Source of the DNA: a virus
Lineage: Duplodnaviria; Caudoviricetes
Length of the DNA stretch: 64,000 bases
Reading direction: 5' to 3' (one strand)
Virus record (IMG/VR): IMGVR_UViG_3300009155_000035
The notes below the pieces were generated by a model. The model did no database searches. It had not been told where the DNA came from and saw nothing but the letters and a program-made list of their open reading frames with translations. Made by a program: the position numbers and the translations under genes. Positions 1-8,789 of this stretch are shown one piece after another (positions within the stretch are counted from its first letter, which is position 1; each line of letters begins with the position of its first letter).

Positions 1-399
1 ACTTTGTTTGTACAGATGTGCTTGTTCCAAATACAAGTATTTGAATCCACGTTGTTTGTAAATAGCACATTCTGTTTGCAATGTTGTGATACCCAAACGC
101 AGTTTTGGATTGTGGTAGTTCCAAGCAAATTGATCACACAGTGCATTTTCATCGTCGTAGCGTCGGATCAAACTAAACGCTACCAGTTTGTCTTGATCAT
201 AGTAACCCAGAACATCAGTCATTGGGTCAGTGTAACGACTATCAAATATAGGCATCACTGATGCAAATCTTTTGTGTTTACAGTACTCTCTGTAGATGTT
301 GTTCAACGCGGCAATGTTGGGATTTTGAAGATACTCCCACTTTACGTTTGTATCATAGTTGGTCTTGCTCAAGTCAATTCTGGCAAACTGATAAGTCAT
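1..399 (-). CDS. GNAT-fold protein resembling the C-terminal domain of ATE/Bpt aminoacyl-tRNA-protein transferase (runs off the window edge)
   Basis: Not in the ORF track. Manual translation from ATG 399, which overlaps the upstream TGA (ATGA): MTYQFARIDLSK...GYYDQDKLVAFSLIRRYDDENALCDQFAWNYHNPKLRLGITTLQTECAIYKQRGFKYLYLEQAHLYKQS. Open for 133 codons to the edge. Confidence 0.6.
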   Translation of the reverse strand, partial: MTYQFARIDLSKTNYDTNVKWEYLQNPNIAALNNIYREYCKHKRFASVMPIFDSRYTDPMTDVLGYYDQDKLVAFSLIRRYDDENALCDQFAWNYHNPKLRLGITTLQTECAIYKQRGFKYLYLEQAHLYKQS

Positions 400-899
400 G
401 CTCGCGGATCTTTACGATTATGGAACAACTGTGTTAGATACTCTTCTGACCAGTTGTGATAAAATCCTTTGCTGGCCATCTGCTGAGCTTTGGTGTTCAA
501 GTCGCTAAGGCATTGCACCAAAGCCAATGCATACTGACCCTGATTCATGATGACGCCATTGACGTTTTCTACATCTGCTGGGTGATCCTCCAGGGCCAAA
601 ATATCGTTACGAAGCAGGTGTTCTTGATTTGCAGCTTCTATGCTGGCACTAAACAAATCATATGGCCATTCTGCAGGATCATATGCATAGATAATAACTT
701 CCTTGTTGCCCATGCCATACCGTGCTCGGTTCTTGAGATCAAAGTAAGGGTCACTGCCTAGATAAACTTCAAATGTACGTTTGAGTCTTGCTGATCGTGC
801 AAACGGACAGGGCGGCCAACCACCCAGGGCAGGATGTGGAACTTCTACAAAGTTCTCTATCCAGGATTCTATATCTGCTTGTACTTGTTCTAGATTCAT
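396..899 (-). CDS. DUF1415-like hypothetical protein
   Basis: 167 aa. N-terminal W-x-E-x-x-V...CPFA motif. Translationally coupled on both sides. Confidence 0.55.
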   Translation of the reverse strand: MNLEQVQADIESWIENFVEVPHPALGGWPPCPFARSARLKRTFEVYLGSDPYFDLKNRARYGMGNKEVIIYAYDPAEWPYDLFSASIEAANQEHLLRNDILALEDHPADVENVNGVIMNQGQYALALVQCLSDLNTKAQQMASKGFYHNWSEEYLTQLFHNRKDPRA

Positions 900-1075
900 T
901 AGAAGAAAGGTAGTTGTGTTTTCTTGGTAGTTTCCAAATTCTCTTTTATAAGATCACTGACAATCAGTCTCTCGGTCATGCTTAGATTCATAGCTTCATT
1001 ATAGGTAAGACCACCGCGCATGTACCAACACAATTTTATCAACTCGCTTTTGATGGCCTTGGCCTCCCGCTCCAT
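899..1075 (-). CDS. Small tail/baseplate assembly chaperone ORF; probable frameshift extension of 1114..1950
   Basis: Not in the track. MEREAKAIKSELIKLCWYMRGGLTYNEAMNLSMTERLIVSDLIKENLETTKKTQLPFF*. TAATG overlap with the next gene. The frame stays open upstream to the slippery site at 1129-1135. Confidence 0.75.
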   Translation of the reverse strand: MEREAKAIKSELIKLCWYMRGGLTYNEAMNLSMTERLIVSDLIKENLETTKKTQLPFF

Positions 1076-1113
1076 ACCGTCAACTGTTTTGACGATCTGT
1101 TCTGGGGTTTGGA

Positions 1114-1950
1114 TCAGGAGGCGGCTCCGAAAAAATTTGTCATATCCAAAGTAAACACTTGGTCATACTCGTGATTGCAGTTTTGGCAAGAAATGTGTAA
1201 TGGACGAAGCTCAGACTTTTGTTTGTTGGCAATGATGTGATCTTGAATTTTACCAAACTGAGTTCGATCAAGATTTTTCAACCACTCATTGATGTGTGCT
1301 TGATCAGTGACCACAGCAGTGGGAGTCTTGATCATGGCAATATTTTGTGACAGTGCTTGTGTGGTAACTTCTGTTATTTTTTTAAGCAGTTGTCCTATTT
1401 GATGCACACGTTGGTCGCTGGGAGTGTTTTCATCTTGAATTATTTGCAATGCTTTTTGATCTTCAAACTGTGTCAAACTGTTGTTGTTCATTTGTTTGTA
1501 GTTCATTGGACACAGATATAACTGCAAGTCTCCAATACGCAACGAAGTTTCGTAATCTGGCGTTCCAATATTGTCATTGATAGTTCTCAAATCAACAGCA
1601 TAGTCGGCTTCGTTTTCACAAGCAGGGCAAGCTGTTGAAATATCTAGTTCATGCCCGTATGTGGCAATTCGAATAGCAACCAGTACTGTGTCAAGATCAA
1701 TGCTGGGCATCAGCCAGGCGTTTTTGATATTAGGCACACAGCTTTGAATCACCGAAACCACCGCAGTTCCGTTGAACAATGCGTCTGGCGTACGATAGGT
1801 AATTTCGTCTATTGTGGTCATGGGATACACTGGATATTCGCCGTTTTCAGTGGGCGCAAGTGCGCCCTGTGGATAATATTTTCCACCAGATGGCAACTTG
1901 ATGTAAATGGCGGGTTGCCGGAAATATTGGCTTAACGGGTTTGAATTCAT
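1114..1950 (-). CDS. T4 gp26-like baseplate hub assembly protein / tail assembly chaperone
   Basis: IKLPSGG...YPMT..DE, D.D..L.AIRIATYG, CPAC and CxxC motifs, C-terminal NFF. RBS AAGGA. Divergent from the tape measure gene. Confidence 0.7.
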   Translation of the reverse strand: MNSNPLSQYFRQPAIYIKLPSGGKYYPQGALAPTENGEYPVYPMTTIDEITYRTPDALFNGTAVVSVIQSCVPNIKNAWLMPSIDLDTVLVAIRIATYGHELDISTACPACENEADYAVDLRTINDNIGTPDYETSLRIGDLQLYLCPMNYKQMNNNSLTQFEDQKALQIIQDENTPSDQRVHQIGQLLKKITEVTTQALSQNIAMIKTPTAVVTDQAHINEWLKNLDRTQFGKIQDHIIANKQKSELRPLHISCQNCNHEYDQVFTLDMTNFFGAAS

Positions 1951-1965
1951 GGGTTTCCTTATCGG

Positions 1966-1991
1966 TAAATATGTAACTAGAACTATTTATA
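1966..1991. promoter_or_regulatory. Overlapping divergent T4-type late promoters
   Basis: TAAATA at +1966-1971 and TATAAATA on the minus strand at 1991-1984, in a 54-nt intergenic gap. Confidence 0.65.
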
Positions 1992-2004
1992 GGCCCGAAA
2001 ATAC

Positions 2005-5000
2005 ATGGATCAACAAATGCAAGACCTAATTGACCAGCTGAGAGACTTGGTCAAATCTCTGGGTAAAACCAGCAGTACTGGACTGGCCGGCCAGGGAGCA
2101 ATCACTGATTCAGGTATTAACAAATTGATCAATGCCCTGGGACAAGTAACTACCAAGCTTGACGGGGTAAAGCGTACTCGCGCTGAGGAAATGCAAGCAA
2201 TGAAACGGTTTACTGCAAATGTAAATCGAGCTAGCAAAGAGCAAGCCGAACAAGCCGACGAGATTGCTAAAAATATTCAGAAAACCAAAGAAGAGGCCGA
2301 CGCTCGGGCTGAGGCTGCTAGAATTGCCAAACTCAGTGCCAAGGAACTTGCAGAAGAGCAAGCGGCTGCTGCCGCTGACAACATCAAGCGAGAGCGACAA
2401 ATACGCAACGATGGTCTCAAGAATTTAATATCTGATAGTCGCAGACAAACCAGTTCAAGTCGAGCAGTATTTGACGAACTATCTACCACTGGCGGAAGCT
2501 TAGAATTACTTAAAAATAAATTTTTAGATCTTGGCGGAGATAGTTTAAAAGCTCAGGCAGGTTTGCAATTATTTGTAGCTGGCATACAAGGTACTACCAA
2601 AGCTTTGACTAACATGACCGCCGCAGTTTACAAAGGTGAACGTGGCGCAATTACGTCAGCTAAAGCACTTACTGATTTTGCTACTCCAATTCTTGACGTA
2701 ATAGACAAACTAGGAATGCTGGTCAGCTTCCTGGGAATGTTTACACCAGGTGGCCTCCTGGCTAAAGGTGCTGTAGTGCTTGGTGGTGCATTGCTGTCAG
2801 CTGGTTCAGCCGCTGGCAAACTAGCAGTGAAATTCAATGAACTTGCCGCAGAACAAGCAGACAAGCTGTTCAAGAGCTTTAGAGAAATTAGCCAAGTTGG
2901 TGCCGCTGGTGCCGCAGGCATGGATGATGTCTTTACTACACTTCAAACACTGGGTATGTCTGTAAGTGAAATTGAAGACTTTAATAAATTGATTGTTAGT
3001 AGTGGGCAAAAGCTTGGGTTGCTTGGCGCTACAGCAGCCGAAGGTAAAAAAGAACTAGCATCAGTAGCTGGCGGTTTAGTAAAAAGCGATCTGGGTAGAA
3101 ATTTAGAATTATTAGGTGTGAGTGCGCAAGAACAGCGAGAAGCCGCACTCACCTACATGACTATCCAGGCTAGAACTGGGCAGTTACAACTTAAAAATAC
3201 CAACCAATTGATACAGGAGTCGGGCAAATTTGTTCAAGAACTTGACATGGCAGCTCGTCTAACTGGTCAAACTCGTAAAGAACAAGAGGCCGCACGTGAA
3301 GCCAACATGGCAGAAAGTAGATTCCGTGCCGCACAATTTGCCGCACAGCAACGTGGAGATCAAGGTGAAGTTCAAAGACTAAACAAGGCTGGTGACATGG
3401 CCGCATTGTTACGAGGTCTGGGCCTAGAAGATTTAGCCAAAGGTACACTACAGTATGCAGCCAGTGGCGGTGCAATGACCACACCAGAATCAATACAGGC
3501 CGCAATGAGTCTTGGATTGCAAAATGTATTGAACAATCCTAATATTTCAGCAGTGGGCGCATTAGAACAAAGCCTTGGTGTTGCAAAAGATCAGTTAAAA
3601 ACACTAGCTGAGACCAACAAGTATACTGGTGAAATAGTAGGCATACAACCAAATATTCCCAAGACACTTGATGCTATTCAGCGACTAGGTGAAATACAAA
3701 AAGCCGCTGCCAAAGAAGGTATGACGGTCGAAAAGTTCTTGGCCAGCGAGCAAGGCAAGGCAATGTTGGCCAAAGGCGACACTGCCAAGATGACAGATGC
3801 CGCACGTAATATGCAAAATGCCGCCTTGATGCAAGATAGCATAGTAAAAACTTACAATGGCGCGGCAATTATACACGAAGCCGCTTCCAAAACGTTTGCT
3901 GAAGCTGTTAATTTGTTTGCAAAAACTGTAGGTGCAAAACCAGTTGCCGGGGGACAACTACAGGTTGGACAACAAGCAACAGGCACACCACCAACGCTAC
4001 CTACACTAGCATCTGCAACAGCCGCAGAATCTGCAACTCAAACAGCTAAAGCGACCCAACAAATAGCAGATGCCAAAACAAAAGAAGCAGCCGTTGCAAT
4101 AAAGCAAGTTAAAGAAGCCGAAGCTGAACTTGACCGACTGAAAAAATTAAAAGCACCTGTAGAACAACAACAAAAAGCACAAGAAAAAATTGTACAAGCA
4201 GTTAGTGAACGTGATCGTTTAGAACAAGAAGAAATCAAAGCCGCACGTGAAGCGGCTCAGCGAAATCTTGAAGCCAGAAATGCACGTCAACGTGCTAGAC
4301 GTGAAGCAAATGCAGCCAAAGCCGCAGGCAGTACTGCTACAGCACCCACAGCACCCACAGCACCCACAGCTGGACCGGCCAAAGCCGCAGGCAGTACTGC
4401 TACAGCACCCACAGCTGGATCAGCCACTACAGGGGCAAGTAGCTATTTAGAAAAACTTATACAAGCTGAATCAGGTGGTAAAAATATTGCTAATCGCAGT
4501 GGCCAAGGCGGTACATCAACTAGTACTGCGTTTGGACTAACACAATTTACTAAACCCACATTTGAAGGACTAGTTAAACAAGCTGGTCCAGATAATCCCT
4601 TATATGGTAAAACTTGGGATGATTACAAGCAAGACACTAACTTGCAACGGGAAGCCACACGGCAATTAACTGATAAAAATCGTAGCTTTTTAGCAAACCA
4701 AAAAATCAGAACCACAGATTCAGCACTGTACCTGGCGCACTTTTTAGGACCAACTGGTGCAACTAAAGCATTGACTTTGCCAGATTCAGCACCGATTACT
4801 GATGCAGTTAGTCCAGAGCAATTGGATGCAAATCCTATGCTACAAAAAATGTCCACTGTGGGTGATCTAAAAACTTGGGCTGATAAAAAGATGGGCGGTG
4901 TTGGTTATGCCATGGGCGGAATAGTAAGTGGTCCAACTTCTGGGTATCCTGCAACCTTACATGGAACAGAAGCCATTGTTCCTTTGCCAAATGGAAAGAC

Positions 5001-5205
5001 AATCCCAGTGTCGTTTAAAGACGGCATGGATGACCTGGCCAACAAAGTATCCGAGGGAATTGTGCGAGCATTATCACAACAATCAACGCAGGTCAATGGT
5101 ATATCTACCAATCCAGAAATGGTGTCATTGTTGGCACAACTGGTTGATTTGCAACGTACAAACAACGATACTGCGTCTCGAATGTTGAGAGTATCCACAG
5201 GATAA
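2005..5205 (+). CDS. Tape measure protein with C-terminal lytic transglycosylase (SLT-like) domain
   Basis: 1066 aa, Ala/Gln/Lys-rich and helical. C-terminal IQAESGG, AFGLTQF, LYLAHFLGPTGA, then the GYAMGGIV..P.SGY...LHGTEAIVPL motif. Confidence 0.8.
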   Translation: MDQQMQDLIDQLRDLVKSLGKTSSTGLAGQGAITDSGINKLINALGQVTTKLDGVKRTRAEEMQAMKRFTANVNRASKEQAEQADEIAKNIQKTKEEADARAEAARIAKLSAKELAEEQAAAAADNIKRERQIRNDGLKNLISDSRRQTSSSRAVFDELSTTGGSLELLKNKFLDLGGDSLKAQAGLQLFVAGIQGTTKALTNMTAAVYKGERGAITSAKALTDFATPILDVIDKLGMLVSFLGMFTPGGLLAKGAVVLGGALLSAGSAAGKLAVKFNELAAEQADKLFKSFREISQVGAAGAAGMDDVFTTLQTLGMSVSEIEDFNKLIVSSGQKLGLLGATAAEGKKELASVAGGLVKSDLGRNLELLGVSAQEQREAALTYMTIQARTGQLQLKNTNQLIQESGKFVQELDMAARLTGQTRKEQEAAREANMAESRFRAAQFAAQQRGDQGEVQRLNKAGDMAALLRGLGLEDLAKGTLQYAASGGAMTTPESIQAAMSLGLQNVLNNPNISAVGALEQSLGVAKDQLKTLAETNKYTGEIVGIQPNIPKTLDAIQRLGEIQKAAAKEGMTVEKFLASEQGKAMLAKGDTAKMTDAARNMQNAALMQDSIVKTYNGAAIIHEAASKTFAEAVNLFAKTVGAKPVAGGQLQVGQQATGTPPTLPTLASATAAESATQTAKATQQIADAKTKEAAVAIKQVKEAEAELDRLKKLKAPVEQQQKAQEKIVQAVSERDRLEQEEIKAAREAAQRNLEARNARQRARREANAAKAAGSTATAPTAPTAPTAGPAKAAGSTATAPTAGSATTGASSYLEKLIQAESGGKNIANRSGQGGTSTSTAFGLTQFTKPTFEGLVKQAGPDNPLYGKTWDDYKQDTNLQREATRQLTDKNRSFLANQKIRTTDSALYLAHFLGPTGATKALTLPDSAPITDAVSPEQLDANPMLQKMSTVGDLKTWADKKMGGVGYAMGGIVSGPTSGYPATLHGTEAIVPLPNGKTIPVSFKDGMDDLANKVSEGIVRALSQQSTQVNGISTNPEMVSLLAQLVDLQRTNNDTASRMLRVSTG
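4315..4418 (+). repeat. Intragenic linker repeats (AKAAGSTATAPTA x2; 9-nt ACAGCACCC tandem)
   Basis: GCCAAAGCCGCAGGCAGTACTGCTACAGCACCCACAGC at 4315 and 4378, with ACAGCACCC x3 in the first copy. Confidence 0.9.
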
Positions 5206-5220
5206 CATAAGTAATACACT

Positions 5221-7011
5221 ATGTCATGGAAGAAATATTTTAAAGTTGCCAATGCCGGTGGAGAGCTTAGTCCACTAAGCGGACGAGATGCGGATGGCTT
5301 GCCAGGGTACGGGCGCAATGACGGTCGAGATCCACTGAGAGGACATGCAGAAATTGCATATCGCAATTATGCCAGTCGGTTGCCCGAAGTTTACACAGGA
5401 CATCCAAACCGCGTTGCTCGATACAATCAATACGAACAAATGGACATGGACAGTGAAATCAATGCATGTCTTGACATTCTTGCTGAGTTCAGCACACAAG
5501 CAACCAAAGACGACAATGTTCCCTTCCAGGTTAACTACAATGATACCCCTACCGATAATGAAGTAAAAATTATCAAACAGCAGTTACAGCAGTGGGTCAA
5601 ACTCAACAAGCTAGATCAAAGAATTTTCCGTATCTTCCGTAACACACTCAAATATGGTGATCAAGTATTTGTGCGTGATCCAGAAACATTTGAAATGTAC
5701 TGGGTAGATATGACCAAGGTTGCCAGAGTTATTGTTAACGAATCCGAAGGCAAACGTCCTGAGCAGTACGTTATCCGTGACATTAATCCCAACTTTCAAA
5801 ATTTAACAGTAGCCGCAAAAACTACCACAGACTATCAGTCTAATCCGGGTACATCTGGATATGTTGCACCTTACAACTACACAGTGCCTGGCGCAGGTGG
5901 TGGCGGAGGTAGTGGTGGCGCAGGCGCCAGCAGATTCAATGCCGCAATGAACGAAACTGTGTTAGATGCCAAGCACGTAGTACATCTTAGTTTAACTGAA
6001 GGACTGGACTACTACTGGCCATTTGGCATGAGCATTTTAGAAACAATTTTCCGTGTGTTCAAGCAAAAAGAACTGCTGGAAGATTCTGTGTTAATCTATC
6101 GTGTTGCCCGTGCTCCAGAACGTCGTGTGTTTAAAATTGACGTGGGTAACATGCCGTCACACATGGCCATGGCCTTTGTTGAGCGTGTTAAAAACGAAAT
6201 TCACCAACGTAGAATCCCAAGTCACACTGGCGGTGGTAACAATATCATGGATAGCAGTTATAATCCATTGAGTATTAACGAAGATTACTTTTTCCCACAA
6301 ACAGCAGACGGTCGTGGTAGTAGCGTAGACACATTACCGGGTGGTGCTAATCTGGGCGAAATTGACGACTTAAAGTATTTTAACAACAAAATGTGCCGTG
6401 GTTTGCGTGTGCCCAGTAGCTATTTGCCCACAGGTCCAGATGACAGCGATCGCCCCATGAATGACGGTCGTGTAGGTACTGCGCTGATTCAAGAATATCG
6501 TTTTAACCAGTACTGCGAACGCTTACAACGTTTGGTTGTACAAAAACTTGATGACGAATTCAAAATGTTCATGCGTTGGAGAGGATTTAATATTGACAGT
6601 GGACTGTTCTCTATTAACTTTAATCCACCACAAAACTTTGCCAGCTATCGCGAAGCCGAACTTGATACCACTAGAGTAACCACTTTTAGTTCATTAGAAG
6701 CAGTTCCTTACTTGAGCAAGCGTTTCTTGTTAAAACGTTACTTAGGTCTTACTGAAGAAGAAATTCGTGAAAACGAAGAGCTGTGGGAAGAAGAACGTGG
6801 CGAACCAGAATTACCAGCACCAACAGGACAGGATTTACGTAGTGTTGGCGTTACTCCAGCTGATATTGAAAGTGATATCACAACAGGTGAAGACTTGTCA
6901 AATATTGGTGGCGCAGAAGCTGGGGCAGTGGGTGCACCACCCACTGGATCTCAACCAGCAGCCGGTGCAGGAGTATCGGCAGCAGCCAGTGCAACACCGC
7001 CAGCAGGATAA
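5221..7011 (+). CDS. Portal protein (T4 gp20-like)
   Basis: LED...IYR..RAPERRVF.IDVGNMP, EDYFFP, LPGG.NLG.IDD..YF..K....L.VP.S motifs. Confidence 0.95.
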   Translation: MSWKKYFKVANAGGELSPLSGRDADGLPGYGRNDGRDPLRGHAEIAYRNYASRLPEVYTGHPNRVARYNQYEQMDMDSEINACLDILAEFSTQATKDDNVPFQVNYNDTPTDNEVKIIKQQLQQWVKLNKLDQRIFRIFRNTLKYGDQVFVRDPETFEMYWVDMTKVARVIVNESEGKRPEQYVIRDINPNFQNLTVAAKTTTDYQSNPGTSGYVAPYNYTVPGAGGGGGSGGAGASRFNAAMNETVLDAKHVVHLSLTEGLDYYWPFGMSILETIFRVFKQKELLEDSVLIYRVARAPERRVFKIDVGNMPSHMAMAFVERVKNEIHQRRIPSHTGGGNNIMDSSYNPLSINEDYFFPQTADGRGSSVDTLPGGANLGEIDDLKYFNNKMCRGLRVPSSYLPTGPDDSDRPMNDGRVGTALIQEYRFNQYCERLQRLVVQKLDDEFKMFMRWRGFNIDSGLFSINFNPPQNFASYREAELDTTRVTTFSSLEAVPYLSKRFLLKRYLGLTEEEIRENEELWEEERGEPELPAPTGQDLRSVGVTPADIESDITTGEDLSNIGGAEAGAVGAPPTGSQPAAGAGVSAAASATPPAG

Positions 7012-7019
7012 ATATTTCT

Positions 7020-7238
7020 ATGAATTTATTTGAACTTTACGAAAGATCTCCTAGTGCGTACCAAGATGTTGCACAAGACAATAGCCAACCTCGTCTTGGG
7101 GATCTACGCAAAACAAAACTTACGTTAAGACAAATTAATAAATTACGCAAGCTCAATGATGTACGCAAGTATGAATTTAAAGAGCGTCTTAAAAGAGTAC
7201 AGAAGCAGTATTCACCACCACCTGAACCACTATCTTGA
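7020..7238 (+). CDS. Small basic hypothetical protein (head cluster)
   Basis: 72 aa. TAAATA at 7009-7014 lies 5 nt before the ATG. Confidence 0.7.
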   Translation: MNLFELYERSPSAYQDVAQDNSQPRLGDLRKTKLTLRQINKLRKLNDVRKYEFKERLKRVQKQYSPPPEPLS

Positions 7239-7297
7239 CAACTTATTATAAAAAATAAGATTCTCAGTCATAAAACTTTAAAAAAACATAGTAAAAC

Positions 7298-7325
7298 ACT
7301 GATATTTTGATAATATCAGTAAATA
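7298..7325 (+). promoter_or_regulatory. Inverted repeat abutting a late promoter
   Basis: ACTGATATT-ttgat-AATATCAGT (7298-7320), followed by TAAATA at 7320-7325. Confidence 0.55.
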
Positions 7326-7357
7326 ATTCTACAGAGCCATTATCTTGGAGGGTACTC

Positions 7358-8140
7358 ATGAATAAATTTGAACAGTTAGTTGAATACGTCATTAATGACG
7401 AAGCAGACAAAGCTCGTGAATTGTTTCACGAAATTGTTGTGGAGAAAAGTCGTTCTATCTATGAACAAATGATGGAAGACGAAGAGCTTGATGAAGCTAA
7501 AAACGACGAAGAGCTTGATGAAGCCAAAGACGAAGATTTAGATGAATCTGAAGAAGAACTTGACGAAGCCGACATGGGCGGAGATCAAGCTGATGATCTT
7601 ATCGATGACGTTGAAGTTGAAGAAGAAGGTCTCAGCATGGAAAGTGAAGAAGACGAATTTGCCGACGAAGAAGACGGCGAAGACGGAAATCTTGAAGACC
7701 GCGTTGTTGACCTAGAAGACCAACTTGACCAACTTATGTCAGAATTTGAAGCTCTAATGGGTGACGATGCTGAAGTTGATGGTGAGTTTGCAGCCGATGC
7801 AGCCGCTGGTATGGACGATGAAGAAATTGACGATACTGAGTTGGAAACTGAAGGCATGATGGAAAACGTCAGCTTAAAAGCAGTTCCAAAGCCAACAGCT
7901 GGCGATCACGGTGCCAACATCAAAAGCGTAGTAGCCGCTAACAGTGGCGCAAGAGGCGCAATGGCAAAGCCAGTTCGCCCAACAGGAACCGAAGCTCAAG
8001 GTCGTCCAGCCCCAACCGCTAAAGATGCAATTGGCAAGGTTGGTAACACCCCTGCTCAAAGCACACAAAAACCAACACCTGCTACTAAGCCACAATTAGG
8101 CCAGGCTGCTGGTGTGAACAGCAAAGCTGTTATTCAATAA
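7358..8140 (+). CDS. Acidic prohead core protein (gp67/gp68-like position)
   Basis: Start moved to ATG 7358 (GGAGG SD). Very Asp/Glu-rich with repeated LDE motifs. Lies between portal and protease. Confidence 0.7.
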   Translation: MNKFEQLVEYVINDEADKARELFHEIVVEKSRSIYEQMMEDEELDEAKNDEELDEAKDEDLDESEEELDEADMGGDQADDLIDDVEVEEEGLSMESEEDEFADEEDGEDGNLEDRVVDLEDQLDQLMSEFEALMGDDAEVDGEFAADAAAGMDDEEIDDTELETEGMMENVSLKAVPKPTAGDHGANIKSVVAANSGARGAMAKPVRPTGTEAQGRPAPTAKDAIGKVGNTPAQSTQKPTPATKPQLGQAAGVNSKAVIQ

Positions 8141-8151
8141 GGTCCCGGTAA

Positions 8152-8775
8152 ATGGCTCTTTACCTAAAAGAGAACTTGACTTTCGACGACGCTCGCATTA
8201 TTGTTGAGGGCGTCGAAGGTAAAGATCTTTATATGAAGGGCATCTGCATCCAGGGTGGTGTGCGTAATGCCAACGAGCGTGTATATCCAGTTGGCGAAAT
8301 TGAAAAAGCAGTTGGCACACTGAATGAACAAATTTCCAGCGGAAATTCAGTCTTGGGTGAAGTTGATCACCCCGATGATTTAAAAATTAATCTTGACCGT
8401 GTAAGCCATATGATGACAGAAATGTGGATGGATGGACCAAACGGTTATGGAAAATTAAAAATCCTACCAACACCAATGGGACAACTAGTGAGAACTATGT
8501 TGGAAAGTGGTGTTAAATTAGGTGTTTCAAGTCGCGGTAGCGGAAACGTTAACGAGGCTAACGGACATGTCAGTGATTTTGAAATAGTCACTGTGGATGT
8601 GGTTGCTCAGCCCAGCGCACCAAATGCATATCCAACTGCCATTTATGAAGGCATGATGAATATGAAGTATGGTCATCGTATGCTAGAGATAGCACGTGAT
8701 GCTGGCAATGACAACAAAGTGCAGAGATATTTGAAAAGCGAAATCAAAAAGCTTATCAAAGATCTCAAGATATGA
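8152..8775 (+). CDS. Prohead protease (T4 gp21-like)
   Basis: N.NERVYP, GEVDHP, LGVSSRGSG, D.V..PSAP.A motifs. Confidence 0.95.
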   Translation: MALYLKENLTFDDARIIVEGVEGKDLYMKGICIQGGVRNANERVYPVGEIEKAVGTLNEQISSGNSVLGEVDHPDDLKINLDRVSHMMTEMWMDGPNGYGKLKILPTPMGQLVRTMLESGVKLGVSSRGSGNVNEANGHVSDFEIVTVDVVAQPSAPNAYPTAIYEGMMNMKYGHRMLEIARDAGNDNKVQRYLKSEIKKLIKDLKI

Positions 8776-8789
8776 TTTAGGAGAAATCA

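Noticed and set aside
4-761. Plus-strand ORFs 4..261, 274..459 and 456..761
   Set aside because: They are antisense to coupled minus-strand genes and show no recognisable motifs.
7307-7357. Upstream starts given by the ORF track (7307, 11402, 13335, 30271, 34876, 44238, 50979, 63069 and others)
   Set aside because: Downstream starts fit the SD, promoter spacing or stop/start overlaps better.
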